Source: Bdellovibrionales bacterium (GTDB lineage Bacteria > Bdellovibrionota > Bdellovibrionia > Bdellovibrionales > JAGQZY01). Taken from it: a stretch of DNA of 64,000 bases. Position numbers and translations under genes: made by a program. Of the stretch, positions 1-9,167 are shown in pieces. Each line of letters starts with the position of its first letter. Positions within the stretch are counted from its first letter, which is position 1. The notes below the pieces were generated by a model, which made no database searches, was not told where the DNA came from, and saw nothing but the letters and a program-made list of their open reading frames with translations. The stretch covers positions 704,001 through 768,000 of the forward strand of contig CAXRHT010000002.1 in NCBI GenBank assembly GCA_964230645.1. The letters are read 5' to 3'.

Positions 1-1840
1 CAGTCAGCACGTCTAAACCAGCTTGGGAAATCTTGTTAATTCGTCCTATGATTAAATCAACCACATTGGTTGACACCATGAGACTGTCGAGATTCTCAAG
101 GTCCACAAGCCACTGATCGCCGGCCCGATGAAGAACACCTTTATCAAACATGGAGTAGATGTATTGTGCTAAAACGAAGGGATTTCCTTGAGACTTTTCA
201 GCCAGACGATTGACCACAGGTTCATCAAGAGGGCTTCCACCCAGGAGGTGAGAAATAATGTCACCAAGAGCCTTGTTTTCCAGAGGCTTTAAGCTCATGG
301 ATTGGGAAAGAGAGCTCTCCCAGAGTTTTTCAACTTTCTTAAGAGCCGGAAGGCTGTCGGCGTCGTTTCGAGCGGTGAAGAGAATAACAACTCTTGCTTC
401 TTGCAAACGTTCAAGAAGGTTTGATAGAACCCCACGACTGGCAGGGTCCAACCACTGCACGTCATCAATATGAAGAACCAATGTCCCCTGTTCTTTAGCT
501 AACTGTATCAGGAATGTAGCGATACCACGAAAAAACTCATCCTGCCCAGCGCCTTCATGTTGGGAATTGGAATCGGAGTTTATAAGCTCACCAAGGTTTC
601 TTGAGAGTCTCTTTACAAAGGTTTCATTTCCTTGTGAGGCCTGTTTTAATTTAGCGAAGGCTTTTTCACGTTTGTCTTCAGAAATACTATTAAGGGAATA
701 CAAATAAGTTTCTATAGCTTCGCGCAAAGGCCCAAGAGGTGTTTGCTCAGTCAGATGACTTTTACCAAAGAGGTGCAGACTTCTTTCTGCCGGCAATGAT
801 TCAATAAACTTTTTAACAAGATAGGATTTCCCCGATCCCGGCTCACCTTTAACAAGATAGGCCACACCCTCTTGGACGTCTTCTACTTTGAGCGAAGACT
901 GAAGTTTGGCCATTTCACTTTCACGTCCTAGTAGAGGAAGTTCATTCAGTCGTCCCAGACGAAAATCTTTTTTACCAAGAGTGAGTTCCCCTTGCTCTTT
1001 CCAGTCTTGCTCTAAACTTTCAAGACTTGCGAGATCAGCACTTAAGCCTTCTGCCGTTTGGTAGCGATCTTCGGGATTTTTAGCCAAAAGCTTTTTCACA
1101 ATGGCTGTCACCGAGCCTCTTAGGGTCGAATTTTTTTGTTTAAGATTGGGGACCTCAGCTTTTGCATGCAGGTTTAAAAGCTCTGCTGTATTCTCAGAGA
1201 AGAAAGGAGGTTCTCCACAGAAAGTTTCAAAAAGAACAACTCCTAGTGAGTAGAGATCACTTCTTGCGTCCACCTTGTCTTCGCGCATCCCCGACTGCTC
1301 GGGAGCGGCATAAAGAAAGGTACCGACCGCTTCTTGCTTTTCTGTCTTTAAGACTTCTGACTTCTCAGCAAATCCAAAATCGATAAGCTTAGCTTGCCCG
1401 TCTTCACAGATGAAAATGTTTTGGGGTTTTACGTCGCGATGGACGAAGCCATTGCGATGCACCTCTCCGAGAGCCCCTGCTATATCACAAGCTAAGCGAA
1501 GAGCTTGGGTCTCAGAGAAAGAGGATTTTTCCAATTTATCAGAGAGTTCTTCGCCGTGAAGGATCTCCATGACCACAAAGGGTTGATCATTATGCTCGCC
1601 AAGTTCGATCACACGGGTCAGTGCTGAGTGATTGAGACGGCTGAGGATTTCGGCTTCATAGCGAAAGCGCAAACTGGCAGAAGCATAATCTTCGCTGACG
1701 TCTTTTCTCAAAAGTTTTAATGCATACTCAACACCCTCACGTTCGACTCGATAAACATAGCCTGTCGCGCCTTCGCCGATCTGTTCGATCAAGGTGTAGG
1801 ATCCAATGGTTTCTGCAAGCTTTTTTGCGTCACTAGACAT
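1..1840 (-). CDS. Ser/Thr protein kinase fused to a P-loop AAA-type ATPase domain; 3'-truncated by the window edge
   Basis: Not in the ORF track. Manual translation from the ATG at 1840 gives MSSDAKKLAETIGSYTLIEQIGEGATGYVY..ALK..HRDVKPQN..DFG..GTFLYAAPE..SDLYSLG, then LLGRESE and Walker A GEPGSGKS. Confidence 0.9.
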   Translation of the reverse strand, partial: MSSDAKKLAETIGSYTLIEQIGEGATGYVYRVEREGVEYALKLLRKDVSEDYASASLRFRYEAEILSRLNHSALTRVIELGEHNDQPFVVMEILHGEELSDKLEKSSFSETQALRLACDIAGALGEVHRNGFVHRDVKPQNIFICEDGQAKLIDFGFAEKSEVLKTEKQEAVGTFLYAAPEQSGMREDKVDARSDLYSLGVVLFETFCGEPPFFSENTAELLNLHAKAEVPNLKQKNSTLRGSVTAIVKKLLAKNPEDRYQTAEGLSADLASLESLEQDWKEQGELTLGKKDFRLGRLNELPLLGRESEMAKLQSSLKVEDVQEGVAYLVKGEPGSGKSYLVKKFIESLPAERSLHLFGKSHLTEQTPLGPLREAIETYLYSLNSISEDKREKAFAKLKQASQGNETFVKRLSRNLGELINSDSNSQHEGAGQDEFFRGIATFLIQLAKEQGTLVLHIDDVQWLDPASRGVLSNLLERLQEARVVILFTARNDADSLPALKKVEKLWESSLSQSMSLKPLENKALGDIISHLLGGSPLDEPVVNRLAEKSQGNPFVLAQYIYSMFDKGVLHRAGDQWLVDLENLDSLMVSTNVVDLIIGRINKISQAGLDVLT

Positions 1841-1955
1841 CAGTGTTTTATCGGCAAAAGCTGTAGGATTATTTACGCAACCAAAAAGCTCTGGTCGTTG
1901 GTCGGACTTGCCTTAGGGAAGTGGTGCTGAGGGCTCAAAAAAGTTAAGATATTCT

Positions 1956-2849
1956 GTGATGATACAGTTTTCCAAAAATCTTATGCCCAGGCCCTATCGT
2001 CGAGTCAGTGTCCAAAAAATAGAGGGCCCACTGGATGAGAAAAATCTAGTAAATTACTTTAATGGCAAAGAAGCTTTCATGGCGACCGATTATATTGTGG
2101 TCAAAGGACAGGGCACAGCCGTTTTAATGGTTGAAAAAGAGGAGAGAAAAGAAGCTCTCTTTTCAAAAATAGTTAAGACACAGATCATTTCCCTCCCTAA
2201 AAACTGTCACTATATCCAGGATGAGGTAGTGGATGTTGGGAACCCCTCTCACCTCACCCGAAAGTTTTGGGACCTTAATCTGAGCGAGGACTCTACCTTA
2301 GTTGTGGAGGGTGCCTATGGGCATGTTAATTTTATTCATAAGCCCTCCCCTCTTAAACTGAAAGTGATAGATCTAGTTCCTCCTAAAACATCAAGACTTT
2401 ATGATCTTGTTTTAAAAGCCATTGAGTTGGCGGACCTCCCTCCTATTCTTTTGGAGGCTGATTTCATTGACGTCAATGATATCGCAAAAGAGTCAGGTTT
2501 TAAGGACTGTATATTTCCCTGCCGAGCCTCTGGATTAGAAGCTCCGGGAGAAACTTTTTTTCTCGACGAGCATCCGGCTAAAAACAAAGCCCCACTTATA
2601 GGCTGTGAGAGAACAGAGCAAATTTATCAGCACTTTTACGGTGAAAAACCCCAACGGGTTGAAACCTGTCCCCAAAAAATTAAAAGCAAAGGCAAAATTG
2701 CGCAAATCACTCGCTGTTGTCTTTTGCAAGACTCTACAAATATGGAAGAGAATCGTGGAATTATCCCTTGGGGAGGAAATGTGCATCATGTGATCTCTGT
2801 TTTAGAAAAGCTTTGTGAGGTGAATCAGATTCCCTGGGAAAAGAATTAA
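1956..2849 (+). CDS. Conserved Cys-rich hypothetical protein; candidate XcbA-type CoM biosynthesis protein
   Basis: 297-aa ORF with PCRASG, GCER, TCP, RCCLL and PWG motifs. Convergent with the xcbE-like gene; the two stop codons share TTAA at 2846-2849. Function is inferred from context only. Confidence 0.6.
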   Translation: MMIQFSKNLMPRPYRRVSVQKIEGPLDEKNLVNYFNGKEAFMATDYIVVKGQGTAVLMVEKEERKEALFSKIVKTQIISLPKNCHYIQDEVVDVGNPSHLTRKFWDLNLSEDSTLVVEGAYGHVNFIHKPSPLKLKVIDLVPPKTSRLYDLVLKAIELADLPPILLEADFIDVNDIAKESGFKDCIFPCRASGLEAPGETFFLDEHPAKNKAPLIGCERTEQIYQHFYGEKPQRVETCPQKIKSKGKIAQITRCCLLQDSTNMEENRGIIPWGGNVHHVISVLEKLCEVNQIPWEKN

Positions 2850-3826
2850 GCGCTAAAAGTACCCTCTTGGTAACGGTCTGAAAAAAGTGCTGCCTCCCCG
2901 CCTGTCATCAATAGAACCAGGTTTTCATTTTTACTAAAATGATTGGAATCAATCAGAGCTTTTGTTCCCATCATGGCTTTTGCGCTAAAAACAGGATCAA
3001 GGAGAATTCCAAACTTTCTCAAGAAATCCTTACTAAACTTTGCCACATCCGGAGTGACAACTCCGTAGCCTTCCCCAAGGAACTCATCGAAAATTTCAAT
3101 TCCCTCAAGAGAATTGGTGGTTTTATCAAGCTCACCAACAAGGCTTAAAATTTTTTCAAGACTTTTAGTTTTATTTTTACTGGTCGCAAAACCGGTGACT
3201 TTCCAGTTAGCTGGGTGCGCTCTTTTACCTTGGTGAATCCCAGCGATTGTGCCGCCACTTCCGACAGGAAGGATAAGCCGATCCATATTGATTTTTAGAT
3301 CTGCTGTTTGCTCTTTGAGCTCTTTAACGAAGTCGATCCATCCCAAGGCTCCGGTGGCTGAAGCCCCTCCTCGTGGGATGAAATAAGGTTTCTTACCTTT
3401 TTTAGTGAGTTCCTCACAAAGCCTCTTTGCCAATTCATCGGCTGAAGTTCGTGGATCTTTCCCTGAAAAATTTAGGTGCGCTCCGCTCATTTTTGAGATG
3501 AGAAGGTTGCCTGTAGGGGTCGCGACCTCTTTTCCGTAAAGTGCCAAATGGCATGCTAGTTTAGATTTTGAGGCGGCCCCTGATATAATTCGTAAGTGAT
3601 TGGACTGTGGTCCTCCAGCAGCAACAATGTCGGTAGCCCCTTGGGAAAGAGCTTCCGCAATGAGGTACTCAGCCTGTCTTACCTTATTGCCACCACCCAT
3701 AAAGCCTGAGAGGTCCTCACGCTTGAGCCAAATGTTACGATTCCACACTTTTGAAAGGGACTCACAAAAGTGAAGTGGGGTCGGATAAAGACCCAGATCC
3801 ACTTTTTTAAAGGACGTGCGACTCAC
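2846..3826 (-). CDS. PLP-dependent D-cysteine desulfhydrase/ACC deaminase family enzyme (XcbE-like)
   Basis: PTPL..LKREDL..GGNKVR (PLP lysine), QSNH, GSGGT, LDPVFSAK. 4-nt overlap with the upstream gene. Confidence 0.88.
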   Translation of the reverse strand: MSRTSFKKVDLGLYPTPLHFCESLSKVWNRNIWLKREDLSGFMGGGNKVRQAEYLIAEALSQGATDIVAAGGPQSNHLRIISGAASKSKLACHLALYGKEVATPTGNLLISKMSGAHLNFSGKDPRTSADELAKRLCEELTKKGKKPYFIPRGGASATGALGWIDFVKELKEQTADLKINMDRLILPVGSGGTIAGIHQGKRAHPANWKVTGFATSKNKTKSLEKILSLVGELDKTTNSLEGIEIFDEFLGEGYGVVTPDVAKFSKDFLRKFGILLDPVFSAKAMMGTKALIDSNHFSKNENLVLLMTGGEAALFSDRYQEGTFSA

Positions 3827-5220
3827 TCAAGCTCCCCTTTTATTTTCTCTAGAAACTCTTGGTCTCGATGGTCTTCTTTTTCTGAAATCTCAAGGGCCCT
3901 TTCACATAGCTTCAAACTCTGGCCGAGGTGGTTGTTGTAATCTAGAAATTGTGAACATTCTGATTCGCTAAGCACGGCCCTAAGGCTCTGATCCCTTGTA
4001 ATAACTGATTCTAAGGACTGTGAGCTGGATTTTGATTGATGTATTTTGTCTCGAACCCACTGACGGGCCGAGGCTAAGCCCCACTCATTAGCGAGTCTCA
4101 TCATGAGAGCCTCGCTTAAAATAAGACCTTGAGTGGATTTTAGATTCTCAAGCATCCTTTCTTTTTTGACCTCAAGGTTTTGAAAAAGCTCACCAGATAT
4201 TTTTAAACAGGCCGAAGTCATCGCTAGAATTTCTGGCCAAACCGCCCATTCCACTTTCCAAGCCTGCCCGTCTCTTTCATGTTCATGAACTAATGACTCT
4301 TGTAAAACAGCCGCCTTATGTCTGATGATTCGTGCGAGACTGCCGATTTGCTCTGACTTTTCAGGGTTTCTTTTTTGGGGCATCGTCACACTTCCGACAC
4401 TCTCAGGCTTTGAGCCCTCTAAGACTTCTCCGATCTCTGTTCGTTGCAAATTGTAGATCTCATGGCCCATTTTAGAAAGACTTCCGCATATCGATGAGAG
4501 AATGAGGGCAAATTCTAAAAGTGAGTCTCTAGAGTTTGTCCAAGCAAGTGTGGGCACTTTAAGTTTTAACTCTTGCGCGAAGCTTTTTTGTAAGTCAAAT
4601 GCACTTGATCCATAACCACTCATGACTCCGACACTTCCTCCCAATTGAACAAAACCAATACGAGGGTGAAGGTCTTTGAGGCGATCTAAATGTCGTCTGA
4701 TTTCCTGTAACCAAAGGCTTACTTTATAACCAAAGGTAATCGGAGCGCCCCACTGACCGTGTGTTCTACCAATCATGGGTGTTTTTTTATGCTCTTTTAT
4801 CAATGTTATTAAACTCTTTTCGATTTCCTTTAGTTGCTTAAACGAGCTTTCCCAGAACTTTACTAATACTCCAGAGAGCCAAGTGTCCGTGATATCTTGT
4901 ACTGTGCAACCGTAGCCAATGTATTCCCCCTCAGGGCCGAGGTGCTTGCGTAGTTGATCAAAAAGTCCTTGAAAGGAGTGGCCATTTTCTTGGTAGGAAG
5001 TTCTCAACTCCTCCCAATTCACTTTATAGTCTGTTAGGCCCTCTTTGATCTTATTTCCCGTGTTTTGGGGGATTATATTGAGTTTCTCTTGATGGGTGGC
5101 CAAAATAACAAGAATCTCAACCCAGGCCTGTAGTTTTGTTTCCTCATCCAGTAATTTCGCCACTGATGGATCCACCCAACTTTGAGAATAAATCTTGGAA
5201 TCTAAGATCGATAAACTCAT
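3823..5220 (-). CDS. Adenylosuccinate lyase-like fumarase/aspartase superfamily enzyme (XcbD-like)
   Basis: MIGRTHGQ..PITFG, signature GSVTMPQKRNP, HERD. ATGA overlap with the upstream gene. Confidence 0.88.
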   Translation of the reverse strand: MSLSILDSKIYSQSWVDPSVAKLLDEETKLQAWVEILVILATHQEKLNIIPQNTGNKIKEGLTDYKVNWEELRTSYQENGHSFQGLFDQLRKHLGPEGEYIGYGCTVQDITDTWLSGVLVKFWESSFKQLKEIEKSLITLIKEHKKTPMIGRTHGQWGAPITFGYKVSLWLQEIRRHLDRLKDLHPRIGFVQLGGSVGVMSGYGSSAFDLQKSFAQELKLKVPTLAWTNSRDSLLEFALILSSICGSLSKMGHEIYNLQRTEIGEVLEGSKPESVGSVTMPQKRNPEKSEQIGSLARIIRHKAAVLQESLVHEHERDGQAWKVEWAVWPEILAMTSACLKISGELFQNLEVKKERMLENLKSTQGLILSEALMMRLANEWGLASARQWVRDKIHQSKSSSQSLESVITRDQSLRAVLSESECSQFLDYNNHLGQSLKLCERALEISEKEDHRDQEFLEKIKGELE

Positions 5221-6647
5221 AATAAGGCCTCTTTAGCCTCAGAGACTATTTTTTTCTTTTTATTTTTCCAATCTTCATTCTGCTTGTTGGAGAGTTCTTC
5301 TAACCTTTGACTCCAACTTTTAAAATTAGACAGACTTTTCAGTAACGATGGGCTTGAAGCTCCGCCTCGATCCTTACGCCGCTCAACACTTTTTTGGGAA
5401 CTCAATACTGTCTGCCACTGCTCAGCACTCCAGTTTAAAGGCTGGCCGGTCTTTTCCGAAAAAACCTTACTAAAGGTTTTAGAAAAATCTCTCACTCCCA
5501 CCCCTCTTAATGCTTCTCCCACAAGAGAGTGAGCTTGGGAGTGACTCATCTTTTTGTTAGCAACCAGTTCCTCCACCAAATCCATAGCTAAAAGGGAGGA
5601 TTCTTCCCCTCGGCTTTTTAGGCGTTGGGTGTTCACTTGCAGCCCCTCTAACACCCGAGTTAACTTTTGATAAGATTCCAAAACTAGATCCAAGCTTTCG
5701 GGTAATTCGTTATAGAGAAAAATACGGTTATCAATCTGATTGGTTCCTGTCCTACCGAGGCAAAGAGCTCCTGAAACTCGGCCAGAAAGCAAACTAGCAA
5801 CTCCACGAGCAAAAGTCAGATCATAGGGATTCTTTTTTTGTGGCATCGCCACACTTCCGCGACAAACTTCGTCGGAAAAACCAAAATAATCAAACTCCTG
5901 AGTGGCCCACACGAGGAAGTCTTCACTCAGGCGGGCTAATACTAGCGAATCACTGGCAAGGAGCCAGGCCACTTCCAAAGCGACATCACTCTGCCAGACC
6001 CCATCGCGACTGTTCTCAACACAGTCCTCAAATCCAAGGCGGTTGGCTAGTTTCTCTCGATTTAAAGCCATGGTGGAGCCATTGGTACTACCCACTCCTG
6101 CGGGAGAGAGATTGAGCCTTTGAAAACAGGGTTGAGCGCGATCCGCATTCCTTAGAATGGGACCGAGAAAACTTGATAAATAATACCCAAGAGTTGAGGG
6201 CTGAGCCGGTTGCAAGTAGGTGTAGTCAGCCATAGGAGTGTCTTTATAAGAGTGTGATTTTTCCAGTAAGACCTCAACAAATTTCAGACGCGCTTGCATC
6301 AGTGCAAGGCTTTTTTCTTTAATAAGTAAGTGGAAAGCCACGGTGGTTAACTCCCGACGGGCCCGTCCCACACCGTACCACTGAGCCGCCTCTTTACTTC
6401 TTTCTTTAATCAGTTGCTCGCGATTTTTATAGAGGTCTCCCCATTTCTCACTAAAGGGAACGCTATTAGGATTCATATCCTGCAAAACTAAAAGAGCCTT
6501 GAGAAGGGACTCTCCCACCTCTTGAGGAATCAATTGATTTTCTAAAAGATTCAATACATGAGCGAGATCGCTGTAGCCAAGGTAAGGCCAAAAACTTTGC
6601 GCTTGCTTGAGCTCCCATGTTGTTGCTGCCGTAAAGGTGTCTTCCAT
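5217..6647 (-). CDS. Argininosuccinate lyase-like fumarase/aspartase superfamily enzyme (XcbC-like)
   Basis: Signature GSVAMPQKKNP, GRARRE, DYTYLQPAQP (Tyr where ArgH has THLQ). Start moved to ATG 6647 (MEDTF), just after the comA stop. Confidence 0.85.
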   Translation of the reverse strand: MEDTFTAATTWELKQAQSFWPYLGYSDLAHVLNLLENQLIPQEVGESLLKALLVLQDMNPNSVPFSEKWGDLYKNREQLIKERSKEAAQWYGVGRARRELTTVAFHLLIKEKSLALMQARLKFVEVLLEKSHSYKDTPMADYTYLQPAQPSTLGYYLSSFLGPILRNADRAQPCFQRLNLSPAGVGSTNGSTMALNREKLANRLGFEDCVENSRDGVWQSDVALEVAWLLASDSLVLARLSEDFLVWATQEFDYFGFSDEVCRGSVAMPQKKNPYDLTFARGVASLLSGRVSGALCLGRTGTNQIDNRIFLYNELPESLDLVLESYQKLTRVLEGLQVNTQRLKSRGEESSLLAMDLVEELVANKKMSHSQAHSLVGEALRGVGVRDFSKTFSKVFSEKTGQPLNWSAEQWQTVLSSQKSVERRKDRGGASSPSLLKSLSNFKSWSQRLEELSNKQNEDWKNKKKKIVSEAKEALL

Positions 6648-6654
6648 ATTAAGC

Positions 6655-7482
6655 CTAACAATCCTTAAAAGTGTCCCAACGTAAACCCATGCGCAGGGCT
6701 TCAAGGCCCAGTAGATCACTGGGAGCCACATTGCCAAGGTTGACGTTGGTGCCGAACTTTTTAATCAGCAGGGCTTGTTGTCTTTTTTGGGGAGCCTCCC
6801 AGATCAGTTTTTCCGGTTGATCGAGTTGTGAAGTTAAACGTTGAAACAGTTTGTTATTCACTTCCCCATGTTCATCAAAAATTCCCACACCCTGCCCGGA
6901 CTCCCTGGCTTCAACAACCACAAACTCAACACCATTTTCCAAGTCCTGTTGGATTTGTTCGGCTAAGAGCTCGGGCTCTGGCTGAAGTTTAGGATCTTTC
7001 TTCCCCACTTCACTGATCACTCTTAGGCCTAAATCTTGCGCTCTTTTTTGAGCCTCTTTTCGATCGGCCAAGGGGATCTCAAAAAAGCCATCGGAGACTT
7101 CCACCATATTGAATCCAAGGGATTTAATTTTTTTAAAAAAGGCCGGCAAGGTACCGGCACGGTAGGAGATTTCGAACAAAGACCCACCGGGGAGCACATC
7201 GACTTCAGCCGCTCTTAAAACGGCAATTTTCTGTTTTAAAAGGGGGGAACTTATTAAGGCCGGAGTGCCAAAACTTAGTTTGACCTGATCAATGTAGTGA
7301 CTCAGATAGCTGACAAAGTGCTCACTCTCGCTCACTCCGAGTGTTCGATCAAGGATCATCGTGAGTCCGTCTTGTCTTGGTTTTACAGAGCGTTGTGGGA
7401 GATGAGGGAGAATTTCTCTCCACTCCTCATGAGGCAGAGATTGACTATAGGGTAAAACATTTTTTTGACGAATGGCGCTCAA
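6655..7482 (-). CDS. comA: (2R)-phospho-3-sulfolactate synthase (ComA/XcbB)
   Basis: KPRQDGLTMILD, VKLSFGT, PGGSLFE, VEVSDG, SEVGKK, VEARESG, IWEAP, NVNLGN, LEALRMGLRWDT. A TTG at 7482 follows a GGGGAG SD; the ORF track starts at 7512. Confidence 0.93.
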   Translation of the reverse strand: MSAIRQKNVLPYSQSLPHEEWREILPHLPQRSVKPRQDGLTMILDRTLGVSESEHFVSYLSHYIDQVKLSFGTPALISSPLLKQKIAVLRAAEVDVLPGGSLFEISYRAGTLPAFFKKIKSLGFNMVEVSDGFFEIPLADRKEAQKRAQDLGLRVISEVGKKDPKLQPEPELLAEQIQQDLENGVEFVVVEARESGQGVGIFDEHGEVNNKLFQRLTSQLDQPEKLIWEAPQKRQQALLIKKFGTNVNLGNVAPSDLLGLEALRMGLRWDTFKDC

Positions 7483-7518
7483 GGCGGGCTCCCCTTCTTT
7501 ATGTTTCTTCAATTATTA

Positions 7519-7549
7519 AAAAGGTTTAGAGACCCTCTCTAAACCTTTT
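7519..7549 (-). terminator. Intrinsic terminator-like hairpin between the PLP decarboxylase gene and comA
   Basis: Perfect 14-bp inverted repeat AAAAGGTTTAGAGA-ccc-TCTCTAAACCTTTT, ending in a T run on the minus strand. Confidence 0.6.
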
Positions 7550-7582
7550 CATGACGCCTTAAAAAAGCCTGCTAGTTTAACT

Positions 7583-9016
7583 CTAGGCACTTTTCTTTAG
7601 ACTCAATTCTCTGCCACCTTCTCTGAGATGCTCTAATAATGCGTCCACATCTTTTTGAGTGACCCGATGGTTCACACAGCAAATTCGAAAAGCAAATTGA
7701 TCATTTAAAACTGTTCCGCCAATGAAAACCTCACCCTTAGCTTCTGCGCGCTCAAGAAGTCTTCGGTTCAATTGATCGAGATCCTCGCCCGAATTTTCTC
7801 CCCGGTATCGAAAACAAACGACGGAAAGACCTGAGTCACCGACAACTTCAAATTCATCATCTGCGGCCAATTGTTTTTTAAACTCATCCATTAAGTGAAT
7901 GTTAGTTGAGATCGCGTCCCTAAAACCTTGGGCTCCGTAAATGCGAAATGCCAACCAAAGTTTAAAGGCTTTAAACCCACGAGAGAGTTGGAACCCATAC
8001 TCCATATAGTCCATGCGTCCGGCCTCTACGTCTGCAGAAAGATAAGGAGGAAGAAGGCTATTTACCTGACGCAAAAGTTTTGGCTCTTTTAAAAGGGCAC
8101 AACCCGCTTCGACAGGAGCGTAAAGCCATTTGTGTGGGTCAATGGCAATGGAGTCACATCGATCCATACCCTTAAATAAGGGAGCCAGATGAGTGGCGGC
8201 CGCCGGAGCCCCGTAAGCTCCATCAACATGGAACCATAAATTATGTTTTTCACAAAGATCGGCCAGAGCCTCAAGATCATCGACAGCCCCTGTGTTGACC
8301 GTTCCGGCATTTCCCACCACACAAAAAGGCTGCAGACCTTGTTTTTTGTCAGCGACAATCTTTTTTTCAAGTTTATCTAAATCAATTTTACAATCGGAGT
8401 TTGCCTGAATTTTCACAAACTGATCTTTTCCCATACCCAGAGCACTTAAACTTTTATCAACACAGGAATGGGTTTCAGTGGACCCATAGATCACTAAATT
8501 ATGAAGACCTTCTTTTAAGGTCAGGCCGGCTCGATCAAGAGCAATGTCACGTGCGGCATGCAAGCAAGTGAAATTGGCATGAGAGCCTCCAGTGGTAATA
8601 ATCCCGCCGTAGTTGGAAGTTAATCCTGTGAAGTCAGCAAGCCAACTGACCACGGTTTTTTCAATCTCTGCGGCAGCCGGTGCAATATGCCATTTGCCAC
8701 AATTTTGATTGATCGCTGCGGCCAGCATATCTCCTAAAATCCCAGCTTGATGACCACAAGAGGTCACGTAAGCAAAAAATCGCGAACTAATATTCCAAGT
8801 AGAGCGTTCAGAAATGGTTTTCATGGCTTCACGGATAATACTCTCAGCATCCCCACCTTTGTCGGGTAAAGTCTGATGATAGGGCTTGGCGATTTCCTCA
8901 GGGGTTTTATCGGGAAAAACTTTTCTTTGGTCGAGTGACTCGTAAAGGTCCGCGATCTCATCTGCGGCAACATGTAACAAATTGCGAAATTCCTTATGAG
9001 AAAAGTCTAAAGACAT
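7583..9016 (-). CDS. Group II PLP-dependent amino-acid decarboxylase (aromatic amino acid/DABA/CSAD family)
   Basis: TTGGSHAN, AGTVNTGAVD, WFHVDGAYG, SIAIDPHKWL (PLP lysine), QLSRGFKAFKLW. Confidence 0.92.
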   Translation of the reverse strand: MSLDFSHKEFRNLLHVAADEIADLYESLDQRKVFPDKTPEEIAKPYHQTLPDKGGDAESIIREAMKTISERSTWNISSRFFAYVTSCGHQAGILGDMLAAAINQNCGKWHIAPAAAEIEKTVVSWLADFTGLTSNYGGIITTGGSHANFTCLHAARDIALDRAGLTLKEGLHNLVIYGSTETHSCVDKSLSALGMGKDQFVKIQANSDCKIDLDKLEKKIVADKKQGLQPFCVVGNAGTVNTGAVDDLEALADLCEKHNLWFHVDGAYGAPAAATHLAPLFKGMDRCDSIAIDPHKWLYAPVEAGCALLKEPKLLRQVNSLLPPYLSADVEAGRMDYMEYGFQLSRGFKAFKLWLAFRIYGAQGFRDAISTNIHLMDEFKKQLAADDEFEVVGDSGLSVVCFRYRGENSGEDLDQLNRRLLERAEAKGEVFIGGTVLNDQFAFRICCVNHRVTQKDVDALLEHLREGGRELSLKKSA

Positions 9017-9167
9017 GGCCTACCCCTCTGGTATTTTAACTCCTTAATTTTAAACGAGGGGCGGTGCAATTTGTATAGCTCCAAAGACTAGTTTTAGCTT
9101 TAAGTTCCTATAATTAGGGCCGATAAGGGTATAACACCCAATCCTGAAATTTTAACAAGAGGACATT

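Noticed and set aside
3823..6647. Housekeeping argH and purB
   Set aside because: Context with comA and the desulfhydrase, plus the His->Tyr change, argue for XcbC/D-type paralogs; symbols withheld.
6655..7512. Archaeal-type CoM route or sulfolactate/sulfolipid pathway
   Set aside because: No comB, comC, comDE or cysteate synthase is in the window; the neighbours match the bacterial xcb route.
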